Shown here: piece by piece, positions 41,795-51,590 of the stretch | Numbering within the stretch: position 1 is the stretch's first letter | Layout: each line of letters opens with the position of its first letter | NCBI GenBank assembly: GCA_965116025.1 | Contig: OZ220480.1 | Span: forward strand, 193,335-257,334 | Origin: an uncultured candidatus Porisulfidus sp. | GTDB lineage: Bacteria; Pseudomonadota; Gammaproteobacteria; Poriferisulfidales; Poriferisulfidaceae | Reading direction: 5' to 3' | Length of the DNA: 64,000 nucleotides | Position numbers and translations under genes: made by a program | Notes under the pieces: model-generated | Told to the model about the DNA's origin: nothing | Database searches by the model: none | The model's input: only the letters and a program-made list of their open reading frames with translations

Positions 41795-43162
41795 TCAGAG
41801 CCAGCCGAAACCGTTCAGCAGGATCAAGAAGACCGCCACCGGGACGAGCAACCGGACCAACCAGAGCCAGCACTCGAACAGCCAGCCTTTTCCCATATCC
41901 GCTTCGCCCTCAAGCACGGATCGCTTGACCATCCAGCCCGCGTAGACCGCGATCAGGATGCCGCCGACCGGCAACATGACGTTCGAGGCCAAATAGTCCA
42001 TCCACTCGAAGAAGTTCTGCCCGTGGAATGTCCAGTCCTTTCCGATATTGAACGAGACCACGGTGCCTAAGCCCGCGAGCCAGATCACGGCCGAGCTGGC
42101 CAAAGTCGCCGCGCGGCGACTCATTCCACGCGAGTCCACCAGCCAAGAGACCGCTGGCTCTAGTAGCGAGATCGCCGAGGTCCAAGCCGCAATCAGGGTC
42201 AGCGCGAAAAACAGGACACCGATCAGCCAACCCCCAGGCATTTGTCCGAAGGCGATCACCAGGGTCTGGAAAATCAATCCCGGTCCGGCATCCGGCTCCA
42301 TGCCGCTCGCGAATACGATTGGGAACAAGGCGATGCCCATCAGGATCGCGACGAGCACATCCGCGGTCACGACTACTCCGGCCGCTTCCGGGATAGAGAA
42401 CTGGCGAGGCAGGTAGGCACCATAGACCATAATCGCGCCCATGCCAATGCTCAGCGAGAAGAACGCCTGGCCCATCGCCTTGAGCGCGACTTCTGGAGAT
42501 AGCTGCTCATAGTTGAACGAGAACAGGTAATTGATGCCACGGCCGAAATCTCCATGCAACGCGGCGAAACCGACCAGTAGCAGCAACAACCCGAAGAGGG
42601 AGGGAATGAGAATGGTCGTGGCCTGCTCAATGCCTCTGTTGACACCGCGCAGAATGATCCAGGCGACCAGAATGGTCATCAGGGTGTGCCAGCCAAGCAA
42701 CCTCCAGGGACTTTCAGTCAGTCGGGCGAAGTGACTCTCCGCGGTCGCCCGATCAAAGCCTTGGAACGTGCCGAATATGCTGTCCACCAAATACGCCGCG
42801 GTCCAGCCAGAAATAACCAAGTAGAAAGACAAGATCATCACTCCGGCCAGCATGCCGAGCCAGCCGATCGCTTGCCAGTTCCTTGAGCGTCCGTCCTGCT
42901 TAGCTAAGCGACGCATGGTCTGGATCGGACTGTGGCGGCCGCGACGACCTAGCACGATCTCGGCCATCATGACCGGAAAACCGATCAGCACCACGCAGGC
43001 TAGGTACACTAGGACGAACGCGGCCCCGCCATTCTCCCCAGTCATGTAGGAAAATTTCCAGATGTTGCCTAATCCCACCGCTGAGCCAATGGCGGCGAAC
43101 ATGAACGCGGTGCGCCGCGACCACAACCCATGTTGCGAGAATTCGGGGGAAGACGCTTTCAT
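41795..43162 (-). CDS. sodium-dependent transporter, NSS/SNF family
   Basis: FMFAAIGSAVGLGNIWKFSYMTGENGGAAFVLVYL, with about 12 predicted TM helices. Confidence 0.8.
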   Translation of the reverse strand: MKASSPEFSQHGLWSRRTAFMFAAIGSAVGLGNIWKFSYMTGENGGAAFVLVYLACVVLIGFPVMMAEIVLGRRGRHSPIQTMRRLAKQDGRSRNWQAIGWLGMLAGVMILSFYLVISGWTAAYLVDSIFGTFQGFDRATAESHFARLTESPWRLLGWHTLMTILVAWIILRGVNRGIEQATTILIPSLFGLLLLLVGFAALHGDFGRGINYLFSFNYEQLSPEVALKAMGQAFFSLSIGMGAIMVYGAYLPRQFSIPEAAGVVVTADVLVAILMGIALFPIVFASGMEPDAGPGLIFQTLVIAFGQMPGGWLIGVLFFALTLIAAWTSAISLLEPAVSWLVDSRGMSRRAATLASSAVIWLAGLGTVVSFNIGKDWTFHGQNFFEWMDYLASNVMLPVGGILIAVYAGWMVKRSVLEGEADMGKGWLFECWLWLVRLLVPVAVFLILLNGFGWL

Positions 43163-43275
43163 CGAAAAAGAGGGAGTGCCGACTTCCGTATGGAATCGGA
43201 CGCGACAAAATCACCGCGCCCGGATCTAATAACGGTTATCCGAGCGCGATCAGAGCTGGTTGTGGATCGCGCGCG

Positions 43276-43953
43276 TCAATCGTCGCCGAACGCGGAGAGC
43301 AGATGCAGCAGACTAGTGAACAGGTTATACAGCGACACGTACAAAGTCACGGTCGCCATGATGTAGTTGGTCTCCCCACCGTGGATGATGGCACTGGTCT
43401 GGTATAGGATCAGGCCACACATCAGCAGAACGAACATGGCCGAGATTCCGAGCATGGCTCCAGACACCTCCATGCCGAACATTGAGGCGACGACCAAGCC
43501 CAGCCCAGACAGGAAAGCGACCAGAATTCCCACCATCAACATCCCGCCCATGAAACTGAAGTCTTTGCGCGTGGTCAGCACATAGCCGGACAGTAGCAGG
43601 AAGATGCCGCCGGTCATCCCGAGGGCAGTGGTCACCAGTTGCGAGCCGTTTCGCGTAGCCGTCAGGTAATAGTCGATGATCGGACCAAGCGTGAGTCCCA
43701 TGAAGCCGGTCAGGGCGAAAACGCATAGCAGTCCCCATCCGCTGTCACGGAACCGGGTCGTGAGAAACAACAGCCCGAAATAGCCAACCAGCGTCAGAAT
43801 CAGCCCCGGATGCGGCCAGTTGAATGCCATGGAAAGTCCGGCCATCGCCGCGCTGAACAACAGCGTGAGAGACAGTAGCGCATAGGTGTTGCGCAAAACG
43901 CGGTTGACGGCAAATGCCGGAGCCGAGGCGGAAATCGCGCGATGTTGATTCAT
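43276..43953 (-). CDS. Bax inhibitor-1/YccA-family membrane protein
   Basis: Seven hydrophobic helices. YccA-like motifs NRVLRNTYALLSLTLLFSA and a charged C-terminal tail. Confidence 0.8.
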   Translation of the reverse strand: MNQHRAISASAPAFAVNRVLRNTYALLSLTLLFSAAMAGLSMAFNWPHPGLILTLVGYFGLLFLTTRFRDSGWGLLCVFALTGFMGLTLGPIIDYYLTATRNGSQLVTTALGMTGGIFLLLSGYVLTTRKDFSFMGGMLMVGILVAFLSGLGLVVASMFGMEVSGAMLGISAMFVLLMCGLILYQTSAIIHGGETNYIMATVTLYVSLYNLFTSLLHLLSAFGDD

Positions 43954-44061
43954 TGGAGAATCCTCCCTGAAAAGATAGCGACTAGTTTACCAAATCCCTA
44001 GCCACGCGAGTTTCTGGGTTTCTCGATTTGCTGATGCTCTACGATACCATTTCTAATCCCA

Positions 44062-45948
44062 TTGACGCTGCTGGCGGCGTCGCTGTCGGCGCTGTCGCTG
44101 TCGGCGCGGGCGGAGACGATCAACCTGTACGGGTGGCAGAACCACTCGTGGGAGTTCGTGAACATCGACGGCGGGCGCAGCTTCGACCGCATCCAGTCGA
44201 ACGCCGGGAACATCGGCTTCTCGGCCAGCGTGGACACCGGCATGAGCGATATCAAGGTGAACCTGCAGTGCGAGCAGTTCACCTACTACAACCACTTCGC
44301 CGGCGGCACCGGCTGGTGCAACCGCAACTCCAAGATCGGGCTGGCGCATCCGATGGCCGGCGAGATCATGTTCGCCACCTGGCTGCTGCCGTACAACGAG
44401 GGCGTGGCCCAATGGGTGGACCCGTTCTACGACGCCGGGGCCGACTCGCACACCAGCATCATGGGCTCGGTCGGGGCCAACACCATCTTCTACAACACCG
44501 GCGACTTCGACCAGCAGGCGTCGGCGTCGGGGCCGGCGACCGGCTTCTCCGGGGCGGAGTTCAACTACGCCGGGGCCGGCTACGACACCGGCTTCAACCG
44601 GCGCCAGGAGAACATCATCCAGTACTGGTCGCCGAACTGGAACGGCTTCGTGTTCCGCTTCGCCTGGACGGCCGGCAACCGCGACGAGACGATGGCGCCG
44701 ACCGGCGGCGGGAAGATCGACCCGGTGATCCGCTCGAGCAGCCTGGCGTACACGAACGGCCCATTGTGGCTGGCGGCGACCTGGCAGGACCACGAGGACT
44801 GGACGGCGGTCTCGGTCGGGGAGATGGAGAGCTCGGACGCGGAGAGCTTCCGTCTGGCCGGGCGCTACATCATGGACCTGGGCGATGGTATGAGCGTGCA
44901 GCTGTCGGCCATGTGGGAGACTTTGGAGTACGAGTTCCACGGCGTGACCACGGTCGAGAAGGCGATGGCGGCGTTCGGCTACGGGAACTTCGCGTCCTCC
45001 TACGCCGAGCCGATCTACGCCATGGATGCGGCCACCAAGAAGGTGGACGAGACGGTCATGGACCCCACCCAGGCCGAGATCGACGCGCAGAAAACTCGTG
45101 GAGCGGCGCTCGAGTTCCTCACGGACGAGAAGGGGCTCCTAAGGTCGATGGAGGTTAAAGAAGGGGACAGTGGCAACCCGAGAGGCACATCCTTAAAAGG
45201 AATGTTCGTATCCAAGCCTTTATTCAATGATCTCACCACGAACGATAAAGGAATGCTGATCGGCTGGACGGATCAGACCGATCTGAGCATGCCTGATGCC
45301 ACCTCAGTTCATGGCGCGTACGCGGCCTTCCTCACCACTGACGCCGCCAAAACGGCTATTCGAGCGGGAAACCTGAAAGAGGTGATGCGCAAGCAGTCGT
45401 TCTACACCACCCGGCTGACCTCCACCGAGCTCACGGCTCTGAAGCTACCCGATAAAGCTGTCTCAGGAGCGGATACCGGCGCGGTGGTTGGCGACAAATG
45501 GCTCTACGACAACATCGTGGCGCATGCCAAGACCGAGGCCAAGAAGATGAAGGAAACGGCCAAGGAGGCGGAGATGAAGGCCGTGGAGACGGCCCGGATG
45601 GCCAAGAGCATGGGGTCGAACGTCAAGATCGAGCGGGACGCCTGGATGGTGTCGGGCAAGATCAAGTTCGGCGGCCCGCTGGACTTCCGCTTCTCCTACA
45701 TGGACGCCGACGACCTGGAGCTGTCGTGCAACTACTGCATGGGGGACTGGGACGAGACGGCGGCGGACGCCTGGAACGTCGGGGTGTTCTACACGATGCC
45801 GGCGGGGACCGAGCTTAGGCTGACGTATTCGGAAGTCAACAACGACGACAACGGGACCTACGGGCAGGGCATCTCGGGGACCGGCCTGGGGACGCCGGGG
45901 GCGGAAATCGAGATGTTCGCGCTGGGGATCGTGCACTGGTTCGACTGA
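44062..45948 (+). CDS. porin-like family copy 5 (N-form A, cassette type Z)
   Basis: Conserved frameworks. An in-frame TGA sits immediately upstream of ...IPFLIPLTLLAAS, so the only available start is TTG at 44062. Promoter-like box TTTCTCGATTTGCTGATGCTCTACGATACC upstream. Confidence 0.7.
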   Translation: MTLLAASLSALSLSARAETINLYGWQNHSWEFVNIDGGRSFDRIQSNAGNIGFSASVDTGMSDIKVNLQCEQFTYYNHFAGGTGWCNRNSKIGLAHPMAGEIMFATWLLPYNEGVAQWVDPFYDAGADSHTSIMGSVGANTIFYNTGDFDQQASASGPATGFSGAEFNYAGAGYDTGFNRRQENIIQYWSPNWNGFVFRFAWTAGNRDETMAPTGGGKIDPVIRSSSLAYTNGPLWLAATWQDHEDWTAVSVGEMESSDAESFRLAGRYIMDLGDGMSVQLSAMWETLEYEFHGVTTVEKAMAAFGYGNFASSYAEPIYAMDAATKKVDETVMDPTQAEIDAQKTRGAALEFLTDEKGLLRSMEVKEGDSGNPRGTSLKGMFVSKPLFNDLTTNDKGMLIGWTDQTDLSMPDATSVHGAYAAFLTTDAAKTAIRAGNLKEVMRKQSFYTTRLTSTELTALKLPDKAVSGADTGAVVGDKWLYDNIVAHAKTEAKKMKETAKEAEMKAVETARMAKSMGSNVKIERDAWMVSGKIKFGGPLDFRFSYMDADDLELSCNYCMGDWDETAADAWNVGVFYTMPAGTELRLTYSEVNNDDNGTYGQGISGTGLGTPGAEIEMFALGIVHWFD

Positions 45949-45969
45949 CCGGTTGGGTCACCCACGATA

Positions 45970-46002
45970 GCGAGCGGGCGCCTTCGGGCGCCCGCTTTCT
46001 TT
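45970..46002 (+). terminator. rho-independent terminator of copy 5
   Basis: AGCGGGCGCC-ttcg-GGCGCCCGCT followed by TTCTTT. Confidence 0.7.
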
Positions 46003-46487
46003 GAGGATCAAGATTCTCGACTTGATCCGCCGCCACGAGGCAAATCGTGATGATGGCGGATCGCGAGAGCCAGATGTAACTGCTTCGGATGGTCGCGCGG
46101 ACGCTTGGAGTGATGCCACGAAAGCCGTGCGGGGCGATCCGGCTTCAGGCTTTCATCAAGGATCGGAAACTCGATAGTTCCAGGGATCGATAGGCTGACC
46201 CCTGTTCGTCGCCGCGCGGGAAGTCTGCTTGATCGAGGACGACAAACCTCTCACTCCGTTTCTTCCTCGCGGCGCGCGCTAACCCGAACCCTCCGATTTC
46301 CCGCCGCCTCGCTTGGATTCCAGCGATGTCAAGAATTCTTGGTCCACCACCTTGTCGTGGATCGGGTCATCCCGATCTGGCCTGCCGCGAGCGGATCGCC
46401 TTCCGGGTGCGTGGGGGCGCGTCGGAACCAGGCCTCACGCCGCCAGCGCTGGACCCACTCTCGATCCAACCGGAAAACACCAGTCTC

Positions 46488-46520
46488 AAAAGAAAGCGGG
46501 CGCCCGAAGGCGCCCGCTCT
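46488..46520 (-). terminator. rho-independent terminator of copy 6
   Basis: Mirror GC hairpin plus T-tract on the minus strand. Confidence 0.7.
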
Positions 46521-46541
46521 CGTCGTGAATGATCCAACGGA

Positions 46542-48449
46542 TCAGTCGAACCAGTGCACGATCCCCAGCGCGAACATCTCGATCTCCGCGCCAGCCACCC
46601 CCAGCCCGGTCCCCGAGATGCCCTGCCCGTAGGTCCCGTTGTCGTCGTTGTTGACTTCCGAATACGTCAGCCGCAGCTCGGTCCCCGCCGGCATCGTGTA
46701 GAACACCCCCACGTTCCAGGCGTCCGCCGCCGTCTCGTCCCAGTCTCCCATGCAGTAGTTGCATGACAGCTCCAGGTCGTCGGCGTCCATGTAGGAGAAG
46801 CGGAAGTCCAGCGGGCCGCCGAACTTGATCTTGCCCGACACCATCCAGGCGTCCCGCTCGATCTTCACGTTCGACCCCATGCTCTTGGCCATCCGGGCCG
46901 TCTCCACGGCCTTCATCTCCGCCTCCTTGGCCGTTTCCTTCATCTTCTTGGCCTCGGCCGTCGCATGCTTCACGATGTTGTCGTAGAGCCATTTGTCGCC
47001 AGTCACATCACCGGTATCCGCTCCTGAGACAACTTTATTGGGTAGCTTCAGGGCCGTGAGCTCCGTGGAGGTCAGCCGGGTGGTGTAGAACGACTGCTTG
47101 CGCATCACCTCTTTCAGATTGCCCGCTCGAATAGCCGTTTTCGCGGCGTCAGTGGTGAGAAAAGCTCCGTACTCGCCGTGAACCGTGGACGTACTAAGAT
47201 TGTTGAAGTTTCTCGTCGTCCAACCGGTCAGCATTCCTTTATCGTTCGTGATCAGCGTATTGAATAAAGCGCCAGTTACGGCTCTTGTGATGGATGTACC
47301 GGCATTAGTACTCCCAGAAGGCGTCATTAATCCTTTCTCGTCCGTCAGAAACTCAAGCGCCGCTCCACGAGTTTTCTGCGCGTCGATCTCGGCCTGGGTG
47401 GGGTCCATGACCGTCTCGTCCACCTTCTTGGTGGCCATGTCCATGGCGTAGGCCTGCTCGGCGTAGGAGGACGCGAAGTTCCCGTAGCCGAACGCCGCCA
47501 TCGCCTTCTCGACCGTGGTCACGCCGTGGAACTCGTACTCCAAAGTCTCCCACATGGCGGACAATTGAACGCTCATGCCGTCGCCCAGGTCCATGATGTA
47601 GCGCCCGGCCAGACGGAAGCTCTCCGCGTCCGAGCTCTCCATCTCCCCGACCGAGACCGCCGTCCAGTCCTCGTGGTCCTGCCAGGTCGCCGCCAGCCAC
47701 AGCGGGCCGTTCGTGTACGCCAGGCTGCTCGAGCGGATCACCGGGTCGATCTTGGGGCCGGCCGCGTAATTACCTTTGGCGTCCTTGAGCGCGTGGGTCT
47801 CGTCGCGATTGCCGGCCGTCCAGGCGAAGCGGAACACGAAGCCGTTCCAGTTCGGCGACCAGTACTGGATGATGTTCTCCTGGCGCCGGTTGAAGCCGGT
47901 GTCGTAGCCGCCCCCGGCGTAGTTGAACTCGTTGCCGGAGAAGCCAGTGCCAGGATTGGACGCCGACGCCTGCTGGTCGAAGTCGCCGGTGTTGTAGAAG
48001 ATGGTGTTGGCCCCGACCGAGCCCATGATGCTGGTGTGCGAGTCGGCCCCGGCGTCGTAGAACGGGTCCACCCATTGGGCCACGCCCTCGTTGTACGGCA
48101 GCAGCCAGGTGGCGAACATGATCTCGCCGGCCATCGGATGCGCCAGCCCGATCTTGGAGTTGCGGTTGCACCAGCCGGTGCCGCCGGCGAAGTGGTTGTA
48201 GTAGGTGAACTGCTCGCACTGCAGGTTCACCTTTATGTCGCTCATGCCGGTGTCCACGCTGGCCGAGAAGCCGATGTTCCCGGCGTTCGACTGAATGCGG
48301 TCGAAGCTGCGCCCGCCGTCGATGTCCACGAACTCCCACGAGTGGTTCTGCCACCCGTACAGGTTGATCGTCTCCGCCCGCGCCGACAGCGACAGCGCCG
48401 ACAGCGACGCCGCCAGCAGCGTCAATGGGATTAGAAATGGTTTTTTCAT
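46542..48449 (-). CDS. porin-like family copy 6 (N-form B, cassette type Z), best-supported expressed copy
   Basis: Canonical ATG with AGGAG 8 bp upstream, and a classical signal peptide MKKPFLIPLTLLAASLSALSLSARA. Confidence 0.85.
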   Translation of the reverse strand: MKKPFLIPLTLLAASLSALSLSARAETINLYGWQNHSWEFVDIDGGRSFDRIQSNAGNIGFSASVDTGMSDIKVNLQCEQFTYYNHFAGGTGWCNRNSKIGLAHPMAGEIMFATWLLPYNEGVAQWVDPFYDAGADSHTSIMGSVGANTIFYNTGDFDQQASASNPGTGFSGNEFNYAGGGYDTGFNRRQENIIQYWSPNWNGFVFRFAWTAGNRDETHALKDAKGNYAAGPKIDPVIRSSSLAYTNGPLWLAATWQDHEDWTAVSVGEMESSDAESFRLAGRYIMDLGDGMSVQLSAMWETLEYEFHGVTTVEKAMAAFGYGNFASSYAEQAYAMDMATKKVDETVMDPTQAEIDAQKTRGAALEFLTDEKGLMTPSGSTNAGTSITRAVTGALFNTLITNDKGMLTGWTTRNFNNLSTSTVHGEYGAFLTTDAAKTAIRAGNLKEVMRKQSFYTTRLTSTELTALKLPNKVVSGADTGDVTGDKWLYDNIVKHATAEAKKMKETAKEAEMKAVETARMAKSMGSNVKIERDAWMVSGKIKFGGPLDFRFSYMDADDLELSCNYCMGDWDETAADAWNVGVFYTMPAGTELRLTYSEVNNDDNGTYGQGISGTGLGVAGAEIEMFALGIVHWFD

Positions 48450-49181
48450 TTTTTGACTCCTGAAAAATTAGTCTCCGCAAGGCAATCACTCCTCACGAAC
48501 AATGTGGTGAAATTACCACATTTCGGCGTGGATTATATAGCCTAGAGATGATGTCAATCGGCCATGCTGTTGTTTTTTAGAAACAAGTTTGGTTTAGGTA
48601 AGGTGGATGTCGATATCAGCATCTTTCTAATTTAAAAACAACAGGATTTCTTTACCTACTGCATTGCCTCGATAGGCGTATAGATATCCGAAACTGATAA
48701 TGTTTTCTAGCTTTAGGAGATTTTCTGGAGTCATAGCGAGATGATCACTTCCCATGGATATGGTAGTAAAACGACCACATTTCTGCACGGTTATAGAACC
48801 TCTGGACACAGGCAAACGTCATGCCTATTGTTAGATTTTAGTGACAGGAGCGAATGAGAAAACCAGAAGCTGGTTTCAGTTTTCTATTGTTCTAAAAACA
48901 ACAACATATCTTTCCACCAAAATTTCTATCGGATAGGATATAGTGAACGTATCAAGTTCGCCGTTATCAACTCGGCAACTGATTAGCGAATTGGCCTACA
49001 AAAATGAACGGAGCGGCGACGAAAATGCGTTCAAGCCAATTCGATTTTGCAACTGGCTTGGCACGGGTTTTCATGGTCCAAATATAGTAATGAATCCAAT
49101 TATCAATAGTGACCGTCGCTTGCTCCCGCCTGAAATCTCGTTATCAGAGCTCGGAAGAGCGACGCTCAAACTTAATCCTTA

Positions 49182-50357
49182 ATGAAGGAGAAAATAAAAA
49201 TGACAGCAAGAGACTTTGAGATGGTTGAGGAATCTGGCCGTTCGGTCCCTTCCAAAACGTACGCTAGCTACGTCGGACTCGATGTCCACAAGGACAGCAT
49301 CGCCGTCGCCGTCGCTCATGCGGGCCGAGGAGCTCCAGAATCCTGGGGTACCATACCGAACACGAAGAAAGCGATCGCAAAACTCGTGGATCGGCTGTAT
49401 GCGAAGAACGAGACTTTCCTGATTTGCTACGAGGCTGGCCCATGCGGATACACCCTGTATCAGAACCTGATTGCCATGGGGGTAGATTGCCGGGTCGTGG
49501 ATCCTCCAAGAAACGAAAAGATCAAGACGGACCAGCGGGACGCGTTACGTTTGGCACGGCTTTTGCGCGCTGGAGAACTGGTAGAGATTTGGGTGCCGGA
49601 TCAAGAGCAAGAAGCGATTCGCGACCTGTGCCGTTGTCGAGCCGATTTCATGGTGCAGCAACGGAAACTGCGCCAGCAATTCAACGCTTTCTTGCTACGC
49701 CATGGACACCATTGGCCAACAAACTGGAAACGCTGGACGCAAAAACATCTCGATTGGTTGGAAAAGCTCGATTTCCCGTATATTTTCATGAGCGAGGTTC
49801 GAGATGAATATATCTCGGCCGTCCGCCTGTCCGCGTCAAGAATTCTTGATCTCGACAAAAAAATCGACAAGGCTGTGCAGGCTTGGTCGTGGGCGCCAGT
49901 GGTCAACAGCCTGAAAGCGTTGCGTGGGTTCGACCAGTTATCCGCGGTTATGTTGCTATCCGAATTGGGTGATATCAGTCGTTTCGAATCTCCTAGTCAA
50001 CTTATGGGCTACTTGGGACTGGTTCCGTGCGTGTATAGCTCTGGGGCGTATCACCGCACCGGGGGCGCCACGCGAGCGGGAAACCGTCATGCCCGGCAAG
50101 TATTGATCGATTCGGCTTGGTGCTACCGGTTCCCCGCTCGTCAAACCGCCTACATGAGCCGCAAATCGGAAGGCGCATCCGCATACGCCCAAACTATTTC
50201 GTGGAAAGCGCAAAAACGATTGTGCGGACAATATCGGAAGTTGACCACGGCGGGAAAGAGCCAGAAAGTTGTTTGCGTGGCGATTGCGAGAGAATTGTCG
50301 GGGTTTGTCTGGGATATCGTCTGTCACGAAAAAGCCCGCCTAAGCCGAGTGAGATAG
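49182..50357 (+). CDS. IS110-family transposase
   Basis: YVGLDVHKDSIAVAV...ICYEAGPCGYTLY, with a C-terminal IS116/IS110/IS902-type domain. Embedded in an AT-rich segment whose IS boundaries are undetermined. Confidence 0.85.
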   Translation: MKEKIKMTARDFEMVEESGRSVPSKTYASYVGLDVHKDSIAVAVAHAGRGAPESWGTIPNTKKAIAKLVDRLYAKNETFLICYEAGPCGYTLYQNLIAMGVDCRVVDPPRNEKIKTDQRDALRLARLLRAGELVEIWVPDQEQEAIRDLCRCRADFMVQQRKLRQQFNAFLLRHGHHWPTNWKRWTQKHLDWLEKLDFPYIFMSEVRDEYISAVRLSASRILDLDKKIDKAVQAWSWAPVVNSLKALRGFDQLSAVMLLSELGDISRFESPSQLMGYLGLVPCVYSSGAYHRTGGATRAGNRHARQVLIDSAWCYRFPARQTAYMSRKSEGASAYAQTISWKAQKRLCGQYRKLTTAGKSQKVVCVAIARELSGFVWDIVCHEKARLSRVR

Positions 50358-50608
50358 GAGGTATATGCCGAGACTTGTCGCAAAAATCAGGGTGCTTCAG
50401 TCTGTCGGAGAATCCTTGTAATTTCTATATCGGTGCGAGACCGTGTATGCTTGATTCGCATATTTGAACTCGTGATCCATGCTATTAGACAAAGGTTCAG
50501 CTCCGCGACTTCTACAGGTCACATCGGTAACCAACCCGAGTTTCATCCATGGCCTGCTATCGCAAATGATTGGAGTATCCTGGTTTTTGCGCCGCGTCTA
50601 GGGGGCAG

Positions 50609-51507
50609 CTACTTGATGCTCTCGAGCCAATGTCCTTCGGAGACAATCCTGATTGGAAATTCTTGGGTACGCAACGTCACAGCCTTCTCAATTTTTCGGC
50701 CATACGCGGACTGTATCCAAGTACCCTCAGCATAGGATCCGATCACCAAATAATCCGTTGCTCTTGTGGGGGATTTTTGGCAAATTCCCTGCCGTGTTTG
50801 GATTTCACGCTCGCACTGTATGCGGCTACCATAGAAAAACTTTCCAGTCAGGCAAAATTTGCGACCCGCGAATACGACTTCCGGGGGTGGGTCATCCAGC
50901 CATAGCGTTGTCGCATTCAGGCACTCCCCAACTTCCGTCTTCCCGCCGACCAAGCCGCTCAGCAGTTGTAGCAATTGCATAGTTCTATCGGTATCTCCCG
51001 CGTTCTGCCCCCAAAAAGAGTTCAGCTTCTCTCGGAACGCCTTGGCCACTGGATTGTTGAATGTCTCTTCATGATCTATCAGCCAAGTACGCAACGCCCG
51101 TGTCTCGCTTTCAGCAATTTTTCCATCCGCGATCAAGCCGCGGCATAGCCCCAGCAATTCGGGGATGTAACCACCGTCCAATTCGTTGATTGCAATTCGA
51201 CCGTGACCAAATGATTCCTCTCCACCCGAATAATCATCCAAAAGAATATGAACTAGTTGCGTCAGTTCCTCGCTTTCACTGGTATCCAGCGTCTCGTCCT
51301 TGAGCATTTGTCCGACGCGCGTCCGCAGAATTTCCACGAGAGAATTCCCTGTCTCTTGATCGATCAGCCAAGCATAAAGCGATTCCACTTCGCTTTGGAC
51401 GATTTTTCCGTCCGCGATCAGGCCCTTGCATAGGCCTATTAGTTCTGAACTTTGGCGTCCATTCAAACGACCACGATGGTACTTCAAGAAATTCGATTGA
51501 TCAGACA
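50609..51507 (-). CDS. protein with two TerB-like repeats and a C-terminal BRCT domain
   Basis: Repeats LIGLCKGLIADGKIVQSEVESLYAWLID and LLGLCRGLIADGKIAESETRALRTWLID. C-terminal region FAGRKFCLTGKFFYGSRIQCEREIQTRQGICQKSPTRATDYLVIGSYAEGTWIQSAYGRKIEKAVTLRTQEF is BRCT-like. Start MSDQ at 51507. The ORF-track extension to 51811 is antisense read-through into copy 7. Confidence 0.6.
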
Positions 51508-51590
51508 TTAGGAAGAGCGACGTTTTGGCCAGATATTCCGTGGAGAGTTTTTCGATTTGCTGATGCCCTACGATACCATTTCTAATCCCA

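Larger units (their letters stand above)
45949..46541. repeat. conserved inter-paralog spacer element, copy 3 of 4
   Basis: About 90% identical to 3528-4115, with two facing terminators and conserved hairpins. Confidence 0.8.

Noticed and set aside
48943-49182. 79-aa ORF immediately upstream of the IS110 transposase
   Set aside because: It is AT-rich, with no recognisable motifs or RBS, and it abuts the transposase start. It is more likely part of the IS110 left-end non-coding region than a gene.
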